Below are positions 25,628-34,239 of a stretch of 64,000 nt of DNA, one piece after another. The notes below the pieces were generated by a model that saw nothing but the letters and a program-made list of their open reading frames with translations, was not told the origin of the DNA and ran no database searches. The position numbers and the translations under genes are program-made. Positions within the stretch are counted from its first letter, which is position 1. Each line of letters opens with the position of its first letter. This DNA is from an uncultured Desulfobacteraceae bacterium (GTDB lineage Bacteria; Desulfobacterota; DSM-4660; Desulfatiglandales; Desulfatiglandaceae): positions 10,243 to 74,242 of the forward strand of contig CAZXCQ010000001.1 of assembly GCA_964639275.1 (NCBI GenBank), read 5' to 3'.

Positions 25628-27724
25628 ATGAAAACGCTCAATTGGTTTGTAAAGACGGTGATTTTGGCATTTCTCTTGGGTCTGATGATACCGCTGTCTT
25701 CTTATGGAGAGAGGAGTGATTCCACTGATGGCGGGCAGATGACCGTTCGCAAGGTGGTGCTCTACAAGAGCGGGGTGGGCTATTTTGAAATGCGCGGTAC
25801 GGTCAAAGGGGGCAGGGCTGTGAGGCTGTACTTTAAGCGGAACCAGATGAATGACCTGCTCAAGAGCCTGACTGTCCTCAACTTGACCGGCGGAAAGATC
25901 AACAGCATTGTCTATGACAGCACCAAGACCGTCAGACAGCTATTGAGTGATTACACCTTTGATCTCAAAAGGGAGCAGGGTCTCCCCCAGGTCCTTCGAC
26001 AGCTCCAGGGCAGCACGATTGAGCTTGTAACGGGCAGCACAACCACGAAAGGGACCATAGTGGGCGTTGAAAAAAGGATCCTAACTGAAGATGATGTCGA
26101 GATTCCCAGCTTTTATTTAAATATACTCGACAATGACAATAAGGGCGACTTTCGCAGCTTCAATACGGATGAGATTACAGCCGTAAGGTTTCTGGACGAA
26201 AGGCTCAACCAGGACATCAAACACTATTTAAAGATCCTCTTTCAGAGGCTCCGGAGGGACGAAAAGGCGGTGACGATAACGACTTTGGGTCAGGGCGAAC
26301 AAGAACTCTTTGTAAGCTATGTCGCCGAAGTCCCGGTATGGAAGGCCACCTATCGCATTGTCCTCCCGGCGCAGAATAAGGAGAGCAAACCCTTTTTGCA
26401 GGGGTGGGCCATAGTGGATAATGTGAGTGCGGATGACTGGAAGGGAGTGGGACTTTCGCTGGTAAGCGGGTTACCCATCTCGTTTATCCAGGATCTCTAC
26501 GATCCCATATTTAAAAGGCGACCGGTGATCGAAATTGAAGAAGAGGTGGCATTGGCACCCAGTGTCCCGGAGGCGGCCATGCGCAGGAAAATGGTGAGGG
26601 AGGCCAAAAAGGCACCCCTGGCGCCCCGGGCAGCGGCAATGCCGATGAAATCCCTCGCTATGGCCGAGGAGCTGGGGGCCGGGCCCCCCGTGGAAGCTGA
26701 CCTTGAGGGGAGGATGCGAGACCTCAGGGCCGAGGTAGTCACCCGGGAGGTGGGAGACCTCTTTGAATACCGGATTGATCACCCCGTGACGATCGGGCGA
26801 AATCAATCTGCCTTGGTCCCGATCGTGGCAAAGGAGGTCGAGGGAGAGACAGTTGATCTATACAACGAAAAGACGCGCAAAAACAACCCCCTGGCAGCAG
26901 TCAGGCTCAAAAACACCACCGGCCTCATGTTGGAAGGGGGGCCTCTGACCGTAGTCCAGGGTGGCAATTACGCCGGCGATGCCTTGATCAAGACCGTCAG
27001 GCCGGGAGAGGAGCGTTATATTACCTATGCGGTTGATCTGGGCCTCCATGTAAATACCCAAAAGGGGACCAAGAGTGAAAGGGTTGATCGGGTCATTATA
27101 AACCGTGGGATGATGCGGATTCACCGGGGTATTATCGAAACAAAGACCTATAATCTGGACAATAAGGATAATCAGACCAAGACGGTCATTATCGAACACC
27201 CCTACCACCCGGAGTGGAAACTGCTCAACACAGAAAAGCCGATCGAGATCACCGACAACTACATCCGTTTTAGGGTGATGGTACCCGGGCAAGGCGTGGC
27301 AACCTTTACTGTCCGCGAAGTCAGGGACAGCTGGCAGACCATAATGGTAACCAATCTGACCCCCGATGATATCCTTGTCTTTTCCCAAAGAAGGTATCTC
27401 AGCGAAAGCTCCCAAAAACAACTTGAAAAGATCGTCGGGCTCAAGACAGAAATTGCCGGTATTGATGGGGATATCAGAGACCTGAAAAGGGAGCGGGGGC
27501 AAATATTTGAGGATCAGAAAAGACTCCGGGAAAACCTGACGGGTCTCGGGCAGACAGCCGAAGAAAAGAACCTGCGGAGCCGATATATCAAACAGCTCGA
27601 TCAACAGGAGACCCGACTCGCAACAATCAGAGACAAGCAAGAACGCCTGCAGGACCAGCGCAGGGGCAAACGGAAAGAGCTTGACACCTTGATCGCGGCC
27701 TTGGAACAGGATCTGGAGATCTGA
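25628..27724 (+). CDS. Exported DUF4140/DUF4139-like protein with a C-terminal coiled coil
   Basis: ATG 25628 after GGAAGGAG, with a signal peptide. The N-terminus VRKVVLYKSGVGYFEMRGTV..GRAVRLYF and the region AAVRLKNTTGLMLEGGPLTVVQGGNYAGDALIKTVRPGEERYITYAVDLGL resemble DUF4140/DUF4139. The last ~120 aa are heptad-rich. Confidence 0.5.
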   Translation: MKTLNWFVKTVILAFLLGLMIPLSSYGERSDSTDGGQMTVRKVVLYKSGVGYFEMRGTVKGGRAVRLYFKRNQMNDLLKSLTVLNLTGGKINSIVYDSTKTVRQLLSDYTFDLKREQGLPQVLRQLQGSTIELVTGSTTTKGTIVGVEKRILTEDDVEIPSFYLNILDNDNKGDFRSFNTDEITAVRFLDERLNQDIKHYLKILFQRLRRDEKAVTITTLGQGEQELFVSYVAEVPVWKATYRIVLPAQNKESKPFLQGWAIVDNVSADDWKGVGLSLVSGLPISFIQDLYDPIFKRRPVIEIEEEVALAPSVPEAAMRRKMVREAKKAPLAPRAAAMPMKSLAMAEELGAGPPVEADLEGRMRDLRAEVVTREVGDLFEYRIDHPVTIGRNQSALVPIVAKEVEGETVDLYNEKTRKNNPLAAVRLKNTTGLMLEGGPLTVVQGGNYAGDALIKTVRPGEERYITYAVDLGLHVNTQKGTKSERVDRVIINRGMMRIHRGIIETKTYNLDNKDNQTKTVIIEHPYHPEWKLLNTEKPIEITDNYIRFRVMVPGQGVATFTVREVRDSWQTIMVTNLTPDDILVFSQRRYLSESSQKQLEKIVGLKTEIAGIDGDIRDLKRERGQIFEDQKRLRENLTGLGQTAEEKNLRSRYIKQLDQQETRLATIRDKQERLQDQRRGKRKELDTLIAALEQDLEI

Positions 27725-27736
27725 AAACGCGGGACA

Positions 27737-29089
27737 GTGGAACAGTCATTAGAAAACCAGACCAGGATTATTCTGGACAGTATTGTTGACGGTGTTTTTA
27801 CCATAGACTCGGAGTGGCGGATTACTTCCTTTAACAGGGCCGCAGAGAAGATCACCGGCATCAAGGCAAAAGAGGCTACCAACAGGCATTGCTGGGATGT
27901 CTTTAAGGCTAGCATCTGTGAAAGCCGGTGTGCCCTGCGCCAGACCATGGAAACCGGCGAGCCCATAGTCAATCAATCCATATTCATTGTTAGCTCAGAA
28001 GGGGATCGCATACCCATCAGTATCTCAACGGCCCTCCTGAAAGACAAAGATGGCAAGGTAATCGGAGGAGTGGAGACCTTTAGGGACCTGAGTGTTGTTG
28101 AGGAACTGAGAAGGGAACTGGAGGGCCGACACTCTTTTTTGGACATTATCAGCAAGAATGAGAAAATGCACCGCCTCTTCGGGATACTCGAACAGGTAGC
28201 CGAAAGCAATGTTACTGTCCTGCTTGTCGGTGAAAGTGGTACCGGAAAAGAGCTTTTTGCAAAGGCAATCCACTCGCTAAGTCAAAGAAAAGACGGGCCC
28301 ATTATCACGATCAACTGTGGGGCCCTGCCCGATAGTCTTCTTGAATCGGAACTATTTGGCTATAAGGCCGGCGCCTTTACCGATGCCAAGAAAGATAAGC
28401 CTGGCCGACTGGCACTGGCAGAGGGGGGAACCCTGTTTCTGGATGAGATCGGCAATGTATCTCCCGCACTCCAGGTGCGACTGCTCAGGGTACTCCAGGA
28501 CAGGGTGTATGAACCCCTGGGTAGCACAAAGTCGCAGGAAGCGGATGTCCGGATAGTGGCGGCGACCAACAGCAACCTCGAAGCGCTTGTCTCAGAGGGA
28601 AAATTTAGACAGGACCTCTATTATCGCATCAATGTGGTCAGGCTAGCCCTGCCCCCCTTGAGGGAAAGAAAAGAGGATATCCCGCTTTTGGCGGATCACT
28701 TTATCCGCAAGTTTAATCGATTAAACGCAAAAGAGATCCAGGGCCTGTCCCCTGATGTACTTTCCGCTCTCATGTCTTATGAGTTCCCGGGAAATATCCG
28801 GGAATTGGAAAACATCATCGAATATGGAACGGTTGTCTGCAAGGACAACCTCATTGGCATCGAGCATCTCCCCGACCACCTCCCCCTGGACCCGCAGACC
28901 CCTGGAGCAAGTGGTAGCCGACGGCCCTCTCAAAAACTGGTTTCCTGGTATGATATAGAAAGAAATTTTGTCTATGAGGTACTAAGAGAGAACAACTGGA
29001 ATCGCGCGGCCACGGCAGCACAGATGGGCATACACAAAACCACCCTGTGGCGCAAGATCAAGCGTCTTGATATCAAGCCCCCAAAGTAA
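27737..29089 (+). CDS. Sigma54-dependent transcriptional activator, PAS-AAA+-Fis HTH
   Basis: GTG start. PAS domain carries Cys motif C52-x8-C61-x3-C65. Walker A GESGTGKE, GAFTDA loop, ESELFG and a C-terminal HTH (AAAQMGIHKTTLWRKIKR). Confidence 0.9.
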   Translation: MEQSLENQTRIILDSIVDGVFTIDSEWRITSFNRAAEKITGIKAKEATNRHCWDVFKASICESRCALRQTMETGEPIVNQSIFIVSSEGDRIPISISTALLKDKDGKVIGGVETFRDLSVVEELRRELEGRHSFLDIISKNEKMHRLFGILEQVAESNVTVLLVGESGTGKELFAKAIHSLSQRKDGPIITINCGALPDSLLESELFGYKAGAFTDAKKDKPGRLALAEGGTLFLDEIGNVSPALQVRLLRVLQDRVYEPLGSTKSQEADVRIVAATNSNLEALVSEGKFRQDLYYRINVVRLALPPLRERKEDIPLLADHFIRKFNRLNAKEIQGLSPDVLSALMSYEFPGNIRELENIIEYGTVVCKDNLIGIEHLPDHLPLDPQTPGASGSRRPSQKLVSWYDIERNFVYEVLRENNWNRAATAAQMGIHKTTLWRKIKRLDIKPPK

Positions 29090-29307
29090 TGCGACACAAA
29101 GCTGTATTGCATATACGCAATCTCATTCTCCTTTGACATTGCAGCTCTGATACTAACCCTGGATCTTGCCCCCCACCTCAACATCCCTTCGCACTAAAAA
29201 CTCCTAAGAACTCTAATGGGTTAGACGCGTTCCCCTCTCTTCCGGATGGCTGGCATGGAATGTGAAGGGCCATTTTGGCTACATCATTCACCCAAAGGAG
29301 GATACAC

Positions 29308-30759
29308 ATGGCCCTGTTGACGCCTGAGCAGTTTGAGGAGAGTTTAAAAGACCTGAAGCCCAGGGTATTTATGAACGGCAAAATGGTGGATGACGTTCTC
29401 AAAAATAGAAATACCCGGACCGTGGTAGAGGCCAATAAGGCCAGTTATGCCTGGGCACTGGACCCAAGATACAGCGATATCATGTCCTGCTATTCTCCTC
29501 TGATCGATGACATCATCAATCGATACACCTCTCTCAGTGCCAGCACCGGTGACCTGGTCAAAAAGGCAAAGGCAGGCACCTTTACCGCCGAGATGCTGGG
29601 GACATGTATTTACCGCTGCGTCGGGTATGATTCATTCCATGCCCTGGCCAGCACCACCTGGGAGATGGACCGTGATCTGGGCACCGAGTACCATCCCCGG
29701 TTTATGGATTACCTCAAGCTGGTACAGAGCAAAGATCTCTCTGTCGCCGGTGCCCTCACCGAACCAAGGGGCAGGCGAGATCAGAAGACACTATCATGGC
29801 CTGATCCTTATCTTTCGCTAAAACTGGTTGACAAGAACAACGAGGGAATAGTCGTCCGAGGTGCAAAGATCAACATCAGCGGTGCCTATGCCAGCCATGA
29901 ACTTGTGGTCCTTCCCCAGGCCGCCCACTTCGAAGGTGAGGAGGATTACGCCATCGCGTTCGCCACACCAACCGATGCCAAAGGCATTACCTACGTCTGC
30001 CAGTATTCCCCCTATTCCGCAGAAAGGGATATGGCCGATGACCTAGCAGAGTTGGGAAACCCTGTTTTTGGGCAGAGAGAGACCGCCATGATCATCTTTG
30101 ACAATGTCTTTGTCCCATGGGAGAGGGTCTTTCATTGTGGCGAATATCCCTATTCCATAAAGATGGTGACCCGGTATGCAAAGACCCACAGGATGACCTG
30201 TGGGGGGACCTGCAAGGTGGGCTTTATGAATCAGATCATAGGGGCCTCAAAATTGATCCAGGAGTACAAGGGTCTGGAAAAGGCCGCTCACATCAACGAC
30301 CAGTTGATGGAGATGGTTGTCCTGAGAGAGACCGGTAGGGCATGCGGCATGGCCGCGGCTACAAAAGGGACCGAAGAGCCGGCCGGTTCTGGCGTATTTT
30401 TGCCCGATGAAATCATGGGAAATGTCTCAAAACTGAACATCTGTAACGCCTTCTGGAGGGTAATGGCCCTGGCAGGGGACATCGGGGGTGGGCTCGTTGT
30501 GACAATGCCTTCGCTCAAGGAACTCAGGAATCCCGAGGTCAAGGATTATATTGAAGAATTTTACAGTTTCGGTTCAGATAAGCCTACGGAAAACATCATA
30601 AAGGTCCACAAACTCCTCCAGAATTGGACCGCAGGTCAGCACGGTGTGGGCACCTGGCACGGGGCCGGGCCGGTAATGGCTCAAAAGATCATGCTCCAGA
30701 GGGCCATTGACTACCGGCACGAGAAGGATCTGGTAAGAAGCGTTTTGAACCTAAGATAG
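29308..30759 (+). CDS. 4-hydroxybutyryl-CoA dehydratase/vinylacetyl-CoA isomerase-like protein (HpaB/AbfD superfamily)
   Basis: ATG 29308 after AGGAGG. The N-terminus MALLTPEQFEESLKDLKPRVFMNGKMVDD is typical of the family. CIYRC (CxxxC) and a nearby HRMTCGGTC are compatible with an AbfD-type [4Fe-4S] site. Confidence 0.7.
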   Translation: MALLTPEQFEESLKDLKPRVFMNGKMVDDVLKNRNTRTVVEANKASYAWALDPRYSDIMSCYSPLIDDIINRYTSLSASTGDLVKKAKAGTFTAEMLGTCIYRCVGYDSFHALASTTWEMDRDLGTEYHPRFMDYLKLVQSKDLSVAGALTEPRGRRDQKTLSWPDPYLSLKLVDKNNEGIVVRGAKINISGAYASHELVVLPQAAHFEGEEDYAIAFATPTDAKGITYVCQYSPYSAERDMADDLAELGNPVFGQRETAMIIFDNVFVPWERVFHCGEYPYSIKMVTRYAKTHRMTCGGTCKVGFMNQIIGASKLIQEYKGLEKAAHINDQLMEMVVLRETGRACGMAAATKGTEEPAGSGVFLPDEIMGNVSKLNICNAFWRVMALAGDIGGGLVVTMPSLKELRNPEVKDYIEEFYSFGSDKPTENIIKVHKLLQNWTAGQHGVGTWHGAGPVMAQKIMLQRAIDYRHEKDLVRSVLNLR

Positions 30760-30866
30760 GGTATTTGATTATTGTCTGGCAAGGGATCGACAAACCTACC
30801 AGCCTATTATACCCGTCAAATTGATGAGAAAACAGTACGGGAACAATTAAAGAAGGCCTCCTCGAT

Positions 30867-30934
30867 ACCAAAAACTGATCGATTATCCTGCGGATCAAGG
30901 CCGCCATTGCCCCTTGGAGCGCAAAAGCTCCTTG
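30867..30934. repeat. ~70-nt repeat, copy 1 (minus-strand translation resembles the tail of a ribbon-helix-helix protein)
   Basis: The string aaactgatcgatt..cctgcggatcaag.c.gc is shared with 39592-39663. The minus-strand translation contains LIRRIIDQF. Confidence 0.6.
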
Positions 30935-30958
30935 GGCAATTGCGCGCACCCATTTTTC

Positions 30959-30987
30959 TTGACACCTAAGCCGTACCTCAGTATCGT
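30959..30987 (+). promoter_or_regulatory. Sigma70-like promoter candidate (TTGACA-N17-TATCGT)
   Basis: TTGACA at 30959-30964 and TATCGT at 30982-30987, upstream of the second activator gene. Confidence 0.35.
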
Positions 30988-31374
30988 TTTTTATTCAACA
31001 AGTGATTTCAAACCACCTTCTTATCACCTGACCTCACCTTAAACTCGGCTTGGTGGGACGATTCCATGGTTTTTTCCCAACAGAATCGATCGACAATGGT
31101 GCAATACAGATGACCACAGAAAGCACATGCAGAAGGTGCTCGGTCTTGCGAGTCAACGCCCTTTGCAAGCTCTATGATGAAGGAAATCGAAAAAATGACA
31201 GCAAGGCTAAAAAACTACTGCATTTTTTTGTGGACCTGGCCAGAGAGAGAGGTTACGCGGGAGGTACCAAAATCTTGGTGCCTGGCTTGACAGAAGACCT
31301 TGCCAGAAAAGCATGCTGGAACATTTCCTCTCTTCTGACGAACCAGGACTTTGCCTTCAAAGGTATGGATATAG

Positions 31375-33114
31375 ATGGCCGAGGAAAGACAAACCGCTGA
31401 GCCTCCACAGGAGACGGTCGACTTTGACAACCTCCCGGAGGGGGATGGCTTCCTCGTCCTTTCTTCCGACAAGAAGGTCCTTTCCGCAAATGTCCAGGCA
31501 GAGAGACTCTTGAGAAGAAAGCTCAACCGGGGTGAGTTCTTTGATATCCTACAATTTGTCAATCGGCAGTATCGGAGCCAGGCTGAAGCGGGGATCCAGG
31601 AGGCGATGGAAGGGGGTGTTTCCAGTTCAAACCTGATGGCAAGGGTGTTCCTGGATTCCGGGCTTCCTGTTTCCTTGACTTTCTCTATCAACCCTTTGAT
31701 CAATAAGGACGAAGATATTATCGGGGTCCTTATTACTCTCCACGACAATGCCTCTGCAAAGGCCTCTCCCGAAGTGCTTGATCGGAACCAAATGCTCGAA
31801 TACGACAGCCTGTTTGAAAACCTTGCCGAAGGGGTTTTCACCATCAATACGCGCTGGCGGATAACCTCATTCAATCAACGGGCCCAGGAAATCACCGGCT
31901 TCAAAAGGGATGAGGTCATAGGCAAGTGTTGTTGGGACATCTTTAAGAGCGATCTGTGCCACAGCAATTGTCCTCTAAAAATCACCATGGAGACAGGCGT
32001 CGTGTACATGGACCAGGACGTTCGCATTGTGAGTAAAAGCGGACTGCAGCAATCCATCCTTGTAAACACCTCCGTCATCAAAAACAAAAGGGACCTGGTA
32101 GTCGGCGCTGTTGAAACCTTTCGGCCGGTGGCTCAGATCGACAGCTCTCTGGCCGCTGGGAATATCGCCCCAAAAAGCCGTGTGGACATCATCGGGAAAC
32201 ATCCCCACCTGGTGAAACTACTGGGGCTGTTGCCGGATATAGCGGTTTCAGAGGTGACGGTGGTCATAGAAGGGGAGTCGGGTACCGGAAAAGAGCTGAT
32301 TGCCAAATCCATCCATTACCAGAGCCCCCGCGCAAGGGGCCCTTTTGTCCCAGTGAACTGTTCGGCTCTTGCCGAGACCCTGTTGGAATCGGAGTTGTTC
32401 GGTCATGTGAAGGCTGCTTTTACCGGGGCACAGTACAACAAGGTGGGAAGATTCGAATTGGCCAAAGGAGGAACCCTTTTTCTGGACGAGATCGGAGAGA
32501 TTAAGCCGGAGATCCAGGTAAAGCTACTCCGCGTTATCGAAGAACGGGTGTTTGAACGTGTAGGCGGTACCCGGCGAATATTCATGGATGCCCGGATCAT
32601 CGCTGCAACAAATAAGAATCTGCTTCAGGAAGTTCGAGAGGGAAGATTCCGGGAGGATCTCTTCTATCGGCTACGTACCGTCCCTTTGTATGTATCGCCT
32701 TTAAGAGAACGTCCGTCTGACATTCCTTTATTGATCGAACATTTCGTAAGCAGATTTAACGAAAGGTACAAAAAAAATGTGCGAGGAGTAGACCCCAAGG
32801 TCATGTCCCTGTTTAAGCGGTATTCCTGGCCGGGCAATGTCCGTGAGCTTGAGCGTGCACTTGAGTATGCCTTTGTGTTTGTCAAGGGGCCGATTATCAC
32901 AACCTCCCACCTCCCGGAACTTGGGGAATCCAAAAACCTCAAAGAGACCCGTGTACCAAAAGTCAAAACAGATCAGTTTTACTGGGAGGACGAAAAAATA
33001 ACCGTGCAGAAGGCCTTGAAAAAGGCAAACGGTCGCCGGGAGGTTGCCGCCAACCTCCTGGGTATCAGCAGGACCTCCCTGTGGCGCAAAATGAAGACCC
33101 ACGGGCTTCTGTAG
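31375..33114 (+). CDS. Sigma54-dependent transcriptional activator, 2xPAS-AAA+-Fis HTH
   Basis: The second PAS domain carries KCCWDIFKSDLCHSNCP. GESGTGKE, GAFTGA and ESELFG are present, with a C-terminal HTH (AANLLGISRTSLWRKMK). Confidence 0.9.
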   Translation: MAEERQTAEPPQETVDFDNLPEGDGFLVLSSDKKVLSANVQAERLLRRKLNRGEFFDILQFVNRQYRSQAEAGIQEAMEGGVSSSNLMARVFLDSGLPVSLTFSINPLINKDEDIIGVLITLHDNASAKASPEVLDRNQMLEYDSLFENLAEGVFTINTRWRITSFNQRAQEITGFKRDEVIGKCCWDIFKSDLCHSNCPLKITMETGVVYMDQDVRIVSKSGLQQSILVNTSVIKNKRDLVVGAVETFRPVAQIDSSLAAGNIAPKSRVDIIGKHPHLVKLLGLLPDIAVSEVTVVIEGESGTGKELIAKSIHYQSPRARGPFVPVNCSALAETLLESELFGHVKAAFTGAQYNKVGRFELAKGGTLFLDEIGEIKPEIQVKLLRVIEERVFERVGGTRRIFMDARIIAATNKNLLQEVREGRFREDLFYRLRTVPLYVSPLRERPSDIPLLIEHFVSRFNERYKKNVRGVDPKVMSLFKRYSWPGNVRELERALEYAFVFVKGPIITTSHLPELGESKNLKETRVPKVKTDQFYWEDEKITVQKALKKANGRREVAANLLGISRTSLWRKMKTHGLL

Positions 33115-33682
33115 TTCCATTCTTGGCATATTTTACTTCACCGATAACCAAGTTCAATTCAATCCAAACAAGAACAATTCCTCTTCCTCCAACTCTCCTT
33201 CCATCTATATAAACACCGGAGCCGCATCTTTCCTCCGCTTTGGAGTCCTGGCATATGACTTCGCCCCACTTAATTTTTGACCAACGCATTTGTCATCCGT
33301 AATTCAATAAAGCGGCCAAAGACGTTTCACGAAGAAAATCTCCTGAAACAATCAACAAATGAAACATAAAGGAGTAGAGTCGCTTGGCAAGAGCTCAATA
33401 AGTCGCGGGGTAACCCCTGGATTCCCGCCTCTGTGGGAAGGGAAATATTACATAAGTGTATGACATATCAATCAAATCATGATTCCAGAAAAGGAGTCTT
33501 GGAAAGTATTTGCCTGACCTATTGAGGAGATATGTCAAATACTGCTTCAGCATAATATGTCATTTAATGTATCACGATGTTTCACCTTTGAAACGATAAT
33601 TCAGGCAGAGGTGGCTTTCCTGGTTTTGTCTTATGATAGGATTATTCTATATTATCAATATGTTAAATTGTATCCCATCTCT

Positions 33683-33697
33683 TGGCACGCCTGTTGC
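33683..33697 (+). promoter_or_regulatory. Sigma54 (-24/-12) promoter
   Basis: TGGCAC-gcctg-TTGC is an exact match to the TGGCAC-N5-TTGC consensus. It lies 68 nt upstream of GTG 33765 and directly downstream of a sigma54 activator gene. Confidence 0.75.
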
Positions 33698-33764
33698 TCA
33701 TAGATAAGACAGGTCTCAATCCTGGAGATACACCAATTCTGGGGAAGATAGAAAGGAGTGAAAC

Positions 33765-34229
33765 GTGAAAGAGAGGCCCATAGATATCGACAGCCTTCTG
33801 GAAAAATACCCGGGTGAACCAAAGTTCCTCATCAGCCTGCTCCAGGATGTGCAGGAGGAATACCAATTCATCTCGGAAGAGAACATGAATCTTATCTGCG
33901 ACCATGTCGGGGTCCCGCTCACTCAGGCCTGGTCGGTGGCAACCTTTTATAAATCCTTCAGTTTGGAGCCTCGGGGGGAGCATGAAGTGAAGGTATGCCT
34001 CGGCACCGCCTGTCATTTAAAGGGGGGGCAACGCCTGCTTGAAAACATCCGCCGGAAGTTGGAGATTGAGCAAGGTGAGACCACCTCGGACCTCAAATTT
34101 ACCGTAGAAACGGTCAATTGCCTGGGCGCTTGCGCCCTTGCGCCGGTGGCGGTTGTGGATGACAAATATTACCCGAAAACAACCTCATCCAAATTGGAAA
34201 AGATCCTCAAAAAGATTTCTGCTGGATAA
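33765..34229 (+). CDS. NuoE/HoxE-like thioredoxin-fold [2Fe-2S] subunit
   Basis: GTG start after AGGAG. CLGTACHLKGG...VNCLGACALAP four-Cys pattern. Confidence 0.85.
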   Translation: MKERPIDIDSLLEKYPGEPKFLISLLQDVQEEYQFISEENMNLICDHVGVPLTQAWSVATFYKSFSLEPRGEHEVKVCLGTACHLKGGQRLLENIRRKLEIEQGETTSDLKFTVETVNCLGACALAPVAVVDDKYYPKTTSSKLEKILKKISAG

Positions 34230-34239
34230 GGAGAAAGAG

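Noticed and set aside
29090-29307. A sigma54 promoter was expected upstream of the AbfD-like gene (for example ctGGcatggaatgtga at about 29249).
   Set aside because: None of the GG dinucleotides has a GC at the required N10 spacing, so no -24/-12 match could be supported.
31050-31400. 116-aa ORF upstream of, and overlapping, the second sigma54 activator gene.
   Set aside because: It has a non-ATG start with no RBS, no recognisable domain, and overlaps the activator's start. It lies downstream of the putative promoter, so it may simply be 5' leader. It is not supportable as a gene without conservation or Ribo-seq data.
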